A stretch of 52,455 nucleotides of DNA from a virus (Duplodnaviria; Caudoviricetes), in IMG/VR virus record IMGVR_UViG_3300001533_001980, positions 1-52,455 of that record; one strand, 5' to 3'. Made by a program: the position numbers and the translations under genes. The number at the start of each line of letters is the position of its first letter. Position 1 is the first letter of the stretch. Shown one piece after another: positions 38,560 through 46,504 of this stretch. A model generated the notes under the pieces. That model was not told where the DNA came from, did no database searches, and saw only the letters and a list, made by a program, of their open reading frames with translations.

Positions 38560-38707
38560 AAGGTGACAAGCGACCTTCCAGTTCCGAGATATTCTCCGAT
38601 ACATGTGCCAACAAATCGTCAGCCGTCGTCCATTCGGGGTCTTCCAGATCGGCTCTGGCATAGGCCAGCCAATCGCGGGGATTCCAGGAGTCAGTCTTTC
38701 TCGGCAA
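38546..38707 (-). pseudogene. Internally deleted HEPN-domain gene
   Basis: LPRKTDSWNPRDWLAYARADLE joined to DPEW...; start overlaps the MNT stop; only 53 aa. Confidence 0.65.
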
Positions 38708-39050
38708 GACACACCCCCTCACGCAGGATGGTTTCGAAAAAAGGATCGCGAATGTGGCGTTTCTCGGCCAAACGTTCCAGAGATATCGGCACCTGGTTCA
38801 AGGCAGGCTTGTTGCGGATGCGTCCGATGGCCCGGCGCAGGGTGCGTGCCGTCGACTGTTGCGTCTCGATCCCGTTCGTGACGATACACAGGTCGATATC
38901 GCTTTCCGGCGCGTTCTCGCCACGCGAATACGATCCGAAAAGCAAAACGCGCTCGACATGCAGGACCTCATCGAATGCCTGAATGCACGCCTGCAATCCA
39001 TCCGCATGCGCGTGCAACGCTTCCGCCATTCGTTCTGATCGAACTTTCAT
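38691..39050 (-). CDS. Minimal nucleotidyltransferase (MNT) antitoxin
   Basis: LFGSYSRG....SDIDLCIV and DPFFETILREG. Confidence 0.9.
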   Translation of the reverse strand: MKVRSERMAEALHAHADGLQACIQAFDEVLHVERVLLFGSYSRGENAPESDIDLCIVTNGIETQQSTARTLRRAIGRIRNKPALNQVPISLERLAEKRHIRDPFFETILREGVCLAEKD

Positions 39051-39211
39051 CGTTTTCTCTAATTCACGAGGCACTTCGCGTCGGCAAGACAACACAGCTC
39101 CGCCTTGTGCTAATCTCGCCAACCTAAGCCATCCCTAAATCGATGGCAAGGTTTGTTTGCTGACAGTTTTTTTGCAGACCTGCAGAGTATCTTGCAAAAC
39201 CCACTGGTAAC

Positions 39212-39236
39212 TATTTGAGGACGAGCGACAATGCCT
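39212..39236 (+). repeat. 25-bp direct repeat, right copy
   Basis: Identical to 34600-34624. Confidence 0.97.
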
Positions 39237-39324
39237 AATGCACGGTTTACGAGCGTACCGCTATTGGCGTGTCATCCGATGTGCGTCAGATACAACGACT
39301 GGTTAGAAGGCAGAGGTACCAACC

Positions 39325-39890
39325 TATGAAATTGGGCGACAGAATAAAGCGATACGAGGCGGTAAGCCACTACACAGCAACCGGCAGAACTCCGCTGATG
39401 ATTCGGGTGGACGGCAGGGCTTTTCACACGTTCACGCGAAGCATGGACAGGCCGTTTGACCAGAATCTGATCGACGCGATGGTGAATGCGGCCCGCGATG
39501 TTGCTGCCGAAATGCAGGGCTTCAAAGCGGCTTATATTCAATCCGATGAGGTGACGTTCTGCGTAACCGACTACGACAGGATTGAGAGCCAAGGCTGGTT
39601 CGACTACGACTTGATGAAAGTGGTGTCAATTTCAGCAGCACTGATGGCTGTGAGGTTTATCCGGCACCTGGGCACCGCAAAGACCCCTGTGTTTGATGGG
39701 CGGGCTTTTTCGGTGCCAGGCGACCGACCTGACGCCGCAGCAGAAGAACGGTACGTTCTTGATTCAGGGCGAGGACGGCATTGCAGAGCGACACGACATT
39801 CTGCCGACCTACGACGCTGTAAACGCTGGAATTGGCACCCTGTTTGAGATGCCTTCTAACACGGCATTAACCAACAAGGAGAATATATGA
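39325..39890 (+). pseudogene. tRNA(His) guanylyltransferase Thg1-like, internally deleted and frameshifted (cassette D)
   Basis: LGDRIKRYE, RVDGRAFHTFT, QSDEV, FDGRAF; the C-terminal DL...KNG.F continues in another frame. Confidence 0.85.
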
Positions 39891-39941
39891 GCCTTGTTGT
39901 CTTCTGGTTTGCCTACGCAGACCCGTCGGGGGAGAATTCTT

Positions 39942-39970
39942 TCAGAATCTTAACTCTCTCGTGCAATGAA
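39942..39970 (+). promoter_or_regulatory. TCAGAATC-N11-GTGCAATGAA motif, copy 4
   Basis: Exact motif. Confidence 0.8.
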
Positions 39971-40011
39971 GAGGGAGAGGACACGATAGACGGCAAAACT
40001 AAGGAGCACTG

Positions 40012-40212
40012 ATGAAAGTAATGCGAGACTGGGCGGACAATGAAGAGCTTATGGTTGCGGTTACTGAGGCAATGAGTACCGGCGACATTGCCGATGAATT
40101 CGGGGTGGAGGTAGACGCCCGAAACGAGGAAGGCTCTTACGGCGAGCGGGGCTACATCGAACTGAAGTACGACGGGCGCAGGTTTCGTCTGGCGTTGGAA
40201 GAATTGCTTTAG
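40012..40212 (+). CDS. Small acidic hypothetical protein
   Basis: AAGGAG RBS. Confidence 0.65.
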   Translation: MKVMRDWADNEELMVAVTEAMSTGDIADEFGVEVDARNEEGSYGERGYIELKYDGRRFRLALEELL

Positions 40213-40239
40213 AAAGCAAGAAAGAAGCCGAGCAGGATA

Positions 40240-40596
40240 ATGAGAATGTGGATGGTCAATCCTGTGTGGCTCTGTATGCAGCACCTTTCTGGTGAGCATA
40301 ATGAGATCCACAAACACAGGCACAATTTCGAGAAGGGGCATTCGATTGCGGGGCGTATCGCAATAAACGCCTGTGAGCCGATATCCATGAAAACGCGACA
40401 TGATGAGCTGGAAGCAGAGATACAGCGTAGGGCCAGGGTTGCCGGACGGAAGCCCCCGCATAGCCCGTATGAGATTCCTGACCTGTCTTATCTGTCTGAC
40501 GAACATCGGCAGCTTGACGACGATGTTGGGCTCCACGAGAACAATAAGCCCTGCGTTGAAGGTATGCGAAATCTGTCCTTCTCACGCCCCCTTTGA
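40240..40596 (+). CDS. Pyrimidine-dimer DNA glycosylase (DenV/Pyr_excise-like)
   Basis: MRMWMVNP..LC.QHL.GEH.EIH...RHDEL..E. Confidence 0.8.
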   Translation: MRMWMVNPVWLCMQHLSGEHNEIHKHRHNFEKGHSIAGRIAINACEPISMKTRHDELEAEIQRRARVAGRKPPHSPYEIPDLSYLSDEHRQLDDDVGLHENNKPCVEGMRNLSFSRPL

Positions 40597-40619
40597 CAGT
40601 TCAAAGATTGATTAAATTC

Positions 40620-40648
40620 TCAGAATATCATGTCTGTTCTGCAATGTA
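40620..40648 (+). promoter_or_regulatory. Motif copy 5 (variant TCAGAATA-N11-CTGCAATGTA)
   Basis: Same spacing, three mismatches; followed by an AGGAGG RBS. Confidence 0.7.
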
Positions 40649-40667
40649 TACAATAGGAGGACACGAT

Positions 40668-41261
40668 ATGAGCTATGAAAATTCACCAGCTTGCAAGCTT
40701 CTCTGTAGCCAATGTGTAATCTGTGGAAGGCCACTTGTTGACGCAAGAAGCTGTCAGATGGGAGTGGGTCCTGAATGCGTCAAGCGCATCGATGTGGATA
40801 TTACGGGCGGGATTGATGAAGGGACTCGCAAGGTCGCCAATAAGTACATTTACGATGCGGCTGTTGCAGCCCAAGAAGGGCGGATTGAAGAAGTTCTTCG
40901 GTGCGCGGAAACTATCGAGGGCATGGGATTGGAAAGTCTTGCCGACAAGATCCGTCATCGCTTTAAAAAGGCAGCAGAGCGCGAATCTTCTATCGTCATC
41001 GAATCCGACGGCGTCTTCTACAGAGTGAAGACTCCGTTTCGACGTGGCGACAAGAAAGCCTTCGTCGCTGCATGGCGCAAGATTCCGGGCAGGCGGTATC
41101 GAGACGAAGTCAACTTCGTTCCTATTAGTCAGAAGAAGGCTCTGTGGGAACTGTTGCGGGAATTCTTCGGTGGCAAGTATGGGCGTGGACCCAAGGGCGT
41201 GTTCCGCATACCCCAGCCGGAGCCGAAGCCCGTTCAAATGGAATTGGGCGTGACGGCATAA
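40668..41261 (+). CDS. DUF6011-like zinc finger + HARP-like domain protein
   Basis: CVICGRPL.D..S...GVGPEC and FVAAWRKIPGRRY. Confidence 0.7.
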   Translation: MSYENSPACKLLCSQCVICGRPLVDARSCQMGVGPECVKRIDVDITGGIDEGTRKVANKYIYDAAVAAQEGRIEEVLRCAETIEGMGLESLADKIRHRFKKAAERESSIVIESDGVFYRVKTPFRRGDKKAFVAAWRKIPGRRYRDEVNFVPISQKKALWELLREFFGGKYGRGPKGVFRIPQPEPKPVQMELGVTA

Positions 41262-41578
41262 GTGGTGGAAATCCCCAAGGGCGTTCCGTAACATAAGGAG
41301 AAAGACGATGGCCCATTTGATCGACCCCGAACAGTGAATGCAGGCATGGATGAAAACATGGGTACTGGCGAAGTACGCCTCCGGCAAAGAAGAGTGGCTG
41401 GAGCAGCACGTATGCGATTACGCATGGCAAACCGGGCAGATGGACGGATTGCGGACGTGACGTTTCAGGCCGTCACGCTTGCGCGAATGATTGCCCGTGA
41501 GTAGCGCCAACGAAAGCATGAAGCGCGGCGAGCCGTCGCTCGCAGGCGTGATGAACCAAGCAACGCAGAGTGATTCCG

Positions 41579-41607
41579 TCAGAATCTCGGTCGTTTGGTG
41601 CAATGAA
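41579..41607 (+). promoter_or_regulatory. TCAGAATC-N11-GTGCAATGAA motif, copy 6
   Basis: Exact motif immediately before the ORF start. Confidence 0.8.
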
Positions 41608-41612
41608 TGGTT

Positions 41613-42140
41613 ATGAATATCGTACTTAAAAGACGGGACGGGATCGAGTTTTTCGTCGCATGCGTTAAGAAAAACGGGATATATCGTGTTCTCGGTAAGT
41701 ATGTTTCTTTATCGGGAAACCTGAGAACGATCAGCGAGGACGGACCTTACGGTTCCGAATTGGAAGCCAGACGGAGGTGCCAGTCTTTGGCAAAGAACAA
41801 ATTACGCAAAAAAGATTTCGTGAGAATCCCTGTCGAGAAAATACCCAATGAAATCATACCATTTCTTGAATTTCCTACTAACATGCAAATAACTCCGCAG
41901 GAAATGATTCAGATGATAGCCGAAGTTCGTCTCGAACGATATGTCGTTTTCAAGGACGCGAGGGGACTGGAGGATTTTTTCGATATCGGAGTTGAATACC
42001 TCGCCAGGATTACGGACGATGATGACTCTCTGCTAGTGTATGATCGATTCGGAAAACCTCGAAATTGTTTCATAGCAAGGATGGAGTCCATCTCCCTAAC
42101 CGATGAGGCTAAGAAGGTGGAAGGAATGGGGGTATTGTGA
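41613..42140 (+). CDS. Hypothetical protein with WGR-like N-terminus
   Basis: YRVLGKY...EARRRCQSLAKNKLRKKDF resembles the WGR helix. Confidence 0.55.
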   Translation: MNIVLKRRDGIEFFVACVKKNGIYRVLGKYVSLSGNLRTISEDGPYGSELEARRRCQSLAKNKLRKKDFVRIPVEKIPNEIIPFLEFPTNMQITPQEMIQMIAEVRLERYVVFKDARGLEDFFDIGVEYLARITDDDDSLLVYDRFGKPRNCFIARMESISLTDEAKKVEGMGVL

Positions 42141-42164
42141 GTGAGGAGAATTTACGGTCATTGA

Positions 42165-42341
42165 ATGCTTGAACACTGCTTTGCCGTTGAGGGCTTATCG
42201 CCCTTAACAACGTCTGAAGCAGGTCAATGCCCGAAGTGTGGGGCGTGCAAAAGTAAGGATATCCTCCAAGATTCATCACCTTTGGACCGTGACTTAGTTT
42301 GTGCCAAGTGCGGTACGACATGGGGACGAACTATCTGGTAG
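42165..42341 (+). CDS. Small zinc-ribbon protein (not in the ORF track)
   Basis: CPKCG...CAKCGTTW, 58 aa. Confidence 0.5.
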   Translation: MLEHCFAVEGLSPLTTSEAGQCPKCGACKSKDILQDSSPLDRDLVCAKCGTTWGRTIW

Positions 42342-42397
42342 AAAATTCGCACAAGTTTCCAATTTGCCGTGTATAATGCAAGTGGAGGAGACCGCGA

Positions 42398-43861
42398 ATG
42401 CTGAAATCAATTGAACTTTGGGATTTTGAATCGCACGAACACACCTTGCTCGATGGACTATCTGATGGTTTGAATGTCGTCTGCGGACCATCAAATTCCG
42501 GGAAAACCAGTGTGGTCAGAGCCTTGCGGCTTGTTGCCTGCAATGATTTTGATCCAGCTTCCGTGAGGATAGGAGCGAAAAATTGCCGAGTCAGGGTTAC
42601 GACTGACAAGGGGGTCGTGCAGGTCACACGAGGAAAGGATAACCTCTGGGAAGTATGGAATGGCGACGGGAGTGGACCGGCGACTCATACGCTCAGGAGT
42701 CCCGGAGTCGCCGTCGTGCCCCAGGCTTCGGAAGTTATCGGCATAGGGACGGTGAAGCTTGGGGATGTGAATGTCCCCGTCAACATCATGGAGCAGCTCG
42801 AAACTCACTTTATGCTGGCTGGAATTGGGGATGATAAGGCGACTGGATCAGTTCGCGCTCAGGTGATTGATGAAATTTCAGGGCTTTCTGGAATAGAGAG
42901 TGTCATCAAGGCTGTTAGTCTGGATATCCATCGTGCTGGTCGAGAAATCAAGCAGTCCGAGATGCAAATGGGCGAACTCAATGAGCACGTTCACGACGAA
43001 GCCGAAATAGACAGGGAAAACAGGATACTGGATAAAGCCAGTAAGCACCTTGACGAGCAGAAGAAGGCTCTTGAAGTTATAGATGTCGCCAACGACTTTT
43101 TGAGACAGTGCAACTTGCTGGACGAGCAGGTGTCCGATTTGAAGAGGCGATTGGCGGTTATACCTAACGCTAAACTTGCGGAGCAGCATATCGGAAATGC
43201 GATTCGTGCCAACGAAAAAGTGCGTCAGGCTGAAGACTTGCTAGAAAAGTTCAAGTTTGCGAACGGTGAGATTGAAAGAATAGCCAAGTCGATTGCTCGT
43301 ATTCCAGACCATGCAGGGGCTACCGCCCATCTTGATAGGGCTCGGGAGTTCGCCAGCAAGTTGAGAGTGGCAATGGAAATTCTCGACGAGGTGGTCCAGA
43401 TTGACGAAGAACTGGACGTTAAGGGGAAACGGCTGAAGGGATTGTCGGCAGTATCTACCGTATCGAAACACCTTGATGCGGCAGAGCAAGCCGTTAGCAA
43501 ATTGAAAATTGCCAAATCTATACTGGATGGGTGGCAATCGGCAGACGATGAGGTTAGGCTGATTGAGGGTAGGCTGGAAAAATTGTCCGCAGTGTCTGCC
43601 ACGCCAACGTATATCGAGAAAGCAGAAGTGGCTGTCAGAAGGTTGATGGTTGCCGAATCCATACTGGATAAATGGCGATCAGCGGATGAGGAAGTCAGGC
43701 TTCTTGGACGCAGGATTAAGGACAATGGTGAATTACTAGACAGGGCAATTTCAGAACAAAATGAGATACTGAAGTCCATCAAGGTTTGTCCGTTGAATCC
43801 GGCACATCCTGTCTCCGAGGATTGTTTGAAGGGTCTTGAAATAACTTCCCCGTTTCAATAG
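42398..43861 (+). CDS. sbcC: SbcC/Rad50-like ATPase, N-terminal half
   Basis: FESH, GPSNSGKTS, Q-loop EQ, coiled coil, terminal CPL; no signature motif or Walker B. Confidence 0.85.
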   Translation: MLKSIELWDFESHEHTLLDGLSDGLNVVCGPSNSGKTSVVRALRLVACNDFDPASVRIGAKNCRVRVTTDKGVVQVTRGKDNLWEVWNGDGSGPATHTLRSPGVAVVPQASEVIGIGTVKLGDVNVPVNIMEQLETHFMLAGIGDDKATGSVRAQVIDEISGLSGIESVIKAVSLDIHRAGREIKQSEMQMGELNEHVHDEAEIDRENRILDKASKHLDEQKKALEVIDVANDFLRQCNLLDEQVSDLKRRLAVIPNAKLAEQHIGNAIRANEKVRQAEDLLEKFKFANGEIERIAKSIARIPDHAGATAHLDRAREFASKLRVAMEILDEVVQIDEELDVKGKRLKGLSAVSTVSKHLDAAEQAVSKLKIAKSILDGWQSADDEVRLIEGRLEKLSAVSATPTYIEKAEVAVRRLMVAESILDKWRSADEEVRLLGRRIKDNGELLDRAISEQNEILKSIKVCPLNPAHPVSEDCLKGLEITSPFQ

Positions 43862-43867
43862 AAGGGA

Positions 43868-44392
43868 ATGAAGATGAGAAAGTTTATCGGTCACAAAATG
43901 CGTTTTATGGTGGATGGCGGCAAAGTCGAGGGCGAATTCCTTGGAGAAGGGCAAGGAGACGAAAAAGGAACCATTCTGGTAAAGGATGCCAACGGTGTGA
44001 CTTGGCGCGTTCCGAAAGGCAAAATCGGCATATTTACATACGCTGACCCAAAGGATGAGGCATCAGATTTTGTGCCGTTTATGGTCTTGCGCTGTGTCAA
44101 TCAGGCGACGGGGTGCCCTGGCGTCAAATTTGTTAAGGAGGGAGCGGGATTCAAGCGATCCGACTTTTCTTTGTTTATGGACAATTGTCCGTGCAAAGAA
44201 GAATCATGCCGGTTTGGTAGTGCCGGAGAATTGAGAAGCGTGGATGGGGAACTGCTGCGAGAAATGTTAGCTGATACATTGTTTGGGAAATATCCAGAAA
44301 AGAAAGGTAAGTCAAATGGACACAGACCAGCAAGTAAAAAGGTTGAACGCGCTGAGGATGAAAGCTCAGGATGCGGCGGCGCAGAGCAGTAG
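43868..44392 (+). CDS. Hypothetical protein (Sm/SH3-like N-terminus, Cys-rich C-terminus)
   Basis: Follows sbcC closely and overlaps the next ORF. Confidence 0.65.
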   Translation: MKMRKFIGHKMRFMVDGGKVEGEFLGEGQGDEKGTILVKDANGVTWRVPKGKIGIFTYADPKDEASDFVPFMVLRCVNQATGCPGVKFVKEGAGFKRSDFSLFMDNCPCKEESCRFGSAGELRSVDGELLREMLADTLFGKYPEKKGKSNGHRPASKKVERAEDESSGCGGAEQ

Positions 44393-44657
44393 GCTAGAGG
44401 GAGAATTTGCAAGCGCAAAAAAGCGCCGGGATGCTGTGGAAAAGGAGTGCAAGGACAAATTGGATTGCCCGGTTAGCGGTCTCGGCGAATTGATAAGCGA
44501 ATTCAAAGAGATTGTAGAAACGGAAGCCGCAAATGCAGAGATAGTCCTTGGCATTAGGGAGGGCATTCTGAAAGTCCCTTCGGATGATTCAGTTTGTGCG
44601 GATAGGCAGGACGACGAAGACGAAGGCGATGATGATCCTGATGGACTATTGGGATGA
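44316..44657 (+). CDS. Coiled-coil protein with acidic tail
   Basis: Heptad-rich sequence in the SbcC operon. Confidence 0.65.
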   Translation: MDTDQQVKRLNALRMKAQDAAAQSSRLEGEFASAKKRRDAVEKECKDKLDCPVSGLGELISEFKEIVETEAANAEIVLGIREGILKVPSDDSVCADRQDDEDEGDDDPDGLLG

Positions 44658-44760
44658 CGTTCAAGGACGATCCGCAGTGGGGAATATGTTGTGACGGGAT
44701 TAGATTCGAGTGGTTCACGGAAATGGCTGTTTTGGATATTGAAGCGAGAGTTTAAATGAC

Positions 44761-44817
44761 ATGGAATTAGAACACCTGTCTCCCAGCAGGATCGGCACCT
44801 TCGATCAATGCCACTGA
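44761..44817 (+). pseudogene. 5' stump of a PD-(D/E)XK (RecB/Cas4-like) nuclease
   Basis: MELEHLSPSRIGTFDQC. Confidence 0.55.
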
Positions 44818-44844
44818 GAGTTAGCATCCGCTTACGTGGGTGAA

Positions 44845-45395
44845 CGGGAAAGTCCATGATTTCAATCGTGGGATGAAGGTGAACAGGGCTAATAATTTTT
44901 GTTGACAGAATATAAGAAACCCTGATACCTTGTTCTCCAGTGAAAGCAATCAAAGTCAGAATCTACCCCGGACAAAGGGCAAAGGGAGTTGATATCCAAG
45001 ACCTTGGACATATTGTCAGGTGATAGAGGTTCTGAAACAAAAACCTGCCTACACTTCACAGAGATGTCCTGCTTGTGGAAAGGTGTCACAGAATAACAGA
45101 AAAGGTGAGAGTTTTCGATGTACTGACTGCAACTATTCACAAGATGCTGATACGGTTGGTGCATTGAACATTCTCCCAAAAGCCTTACAGTTAGTGGGTA
45201 GCTTAGAGTCACCCATGCTTTACAAAGCAGTCGCATAGCTTTCTATGCTTTTGCTAACTCTCTCCAGCAAGCCGTTATAGATTTGGACTCAGCCTTCTCT
45301 CACTTTTTCAGAAAGGACAATTCGTTTCCACGGTTCAGGAACAAAAGGAATGCCCGGCAATCCTACAGGGTACCACAAGGTTTTAATGATTGCGC
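44845..45395 (+). mobile_element. tnpB: Decayed, nested tnpB remnants
   Basis: IS605-type left-end hairpin (44853-44873), MKAIKVRIYP start (44940), zinc-ribbon/RuvC-III fragment (45020-45238), then ANSLQQAVIDLDSAF fragment (45253-45390). Confidence 0.8.
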
Positions 45396-45509
45396 AGCGG
45401 CTCACGAGGGTGTAAAAAGCAAATTCAGAAGAAAAATAAAATGAGGGGCAATTGCTCCGAAATTGATCCAGATAATATGGATGTGGAAAATAAAGAAGGC
45501 GAGGGTGAC

Positions 45510-46103
45510 ATGGCACACAGCAGCCAACAAATTGTACGCACTCCCGTAGAGCCTGTTTTCATTGGGCTCGATTTGAGCTTATCGTCGACTGGTTTCTGCC
45601 GGAAACAGGGCGCGGATATCTCGGTAGAGACCATCAAGACAGATCCACGAACGGCCGAAAATGATTTGTCACGACTGCGATACATTGTCAATGCATGTAT
45701 GAGCCGCATACCCGATAACACCCGCATCATTTGCCTGGAAGACTACTTCACTCCGTCGAACCGGGGGCAGATCGGGAGCGCACTCAAGCTCGTGGCGCTT
45801 GGCACGGTCATGCGCATGACATTGTATGAGGCGGGGATGCCTTTCTACGTTGTGTCTCCGAGTGTATTGAAGAAGCATATCACCGGCAAGGGAAACTCCC
45901 AAAAGGACTTGATCGTCAGGGAGGTTTACAAGAGATACGGAATAGATGTCAAGGACAACAACCAAGCCGATGGGTGTGTTTTAGCCCACATTGCAGAACA
46001 GATTGCAATGGGGACCGATGGGTGTCCTGCCTTCCAAAAGGAGTGCATTGAAAGGCTGACTTCGGGAGAGATTGGAAAATCGTATAACTGTGGAGGGGAA
46101 TGA
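45510..46103 (+). CDS. RuvC-like Holliday junction resolvase
   Basis: IGLDLSLSSTG, LEDY, LKKHITGKGN, NQADG. Confidence 0.88.
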   Translation: MAHSSQQIVRTPVEPVFIGLDLSLSSTGFCRKQGADISVETIKTDPRTAENDLSRLRYIVNACMSRIPDNTRIICLEDYFTPSNRGQIGSALKLVALGTVMRMTLYEAGMPFYVVSPSVLKKHITGKGNSQKDLIVREVYKRYGIDVKDNNQADGCVLAHIAEQIAMGTDGCPAFQKECIERLTSGEIGKSYNCGGE

Positions 46104-46298
46104 TGGAACAGTTGCTTCTCCACCTTGTCGGCGACTATATTTTCCAGAGCCATTGGATGGCTACTGAGAAGACGAGACACTCATATCCGGCATTATACCA
46201 CGCGATCATATACTCATTGCCTTTTTTTGTTAATAGGCTCGCCATTTGTGCATAAATTACGCAGCTCTGAAGTGGCTGTAGGGAGGATGGGATGCCAA
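46100..46298 (+). pseudogene. DUF3307-like membrane protein, frameshifted and internally deleted
   Basis: HLVGDYIFQSHWMA.EK; T7 run; C-terminal HLCINYAALKWL in another frame. Confidence 0.65.
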
Positions 46299-46504
46299 GA
46301 AAATTCGTAACTGGAGACAGTCATAATATCGTAGTGGAGTGCCATCCGTGCGTGGTCAAAGTGGAGTGCCAGGTGTGTGGGGCACCCGTGGCGATTTCGA
46401 TCCCGCACGTCGGAGACATCCTGTGTCCCAAGTGCTCCGAATCGGCAAGTTATAGTGTGAGAACACGACTATTGCCCGAGGCAGTCGAACAGGACATCTC
46501 GTAG
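46292..46504 (+). CDS. Small zinc-ribbon protein
   Basis: CQVCG...CPKC; GGGAGG RBS. Confidence 0.6.
   Translation: MPRKFVTGDSHNIVVECHPCVVKVECQVCGAPVAISIPHVGDILCPKCSESASYSVRTRLLPEAVEQDIS

Larger units (their letters stand above)
34625..39211 (-). mobile_element. 4587-bp GC-rich, host-like insert between 25-bp direct repeats
   Basis: Opposite strand to the flanks, visibly higher GC, bacterial REP/MITE-like elements, no recombinase gene. Confidence 0.8.

Noticed and set aside
36493-38982. 829-aa plus-strand ORF and other long overlapping ORFs
   Set aside because: Antisense shadows of the GC-rich R-M gene, with no protein motifs.
34625-39211. Casposon or classical transposon
   Set aside because: No Cas1, transposase or terminal inverted repeats.
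41495-41575. Additional attC-like site (GCGCCAAC...)
   Set aside because: No matching GTT core was found at either end, so it is too weak to call.
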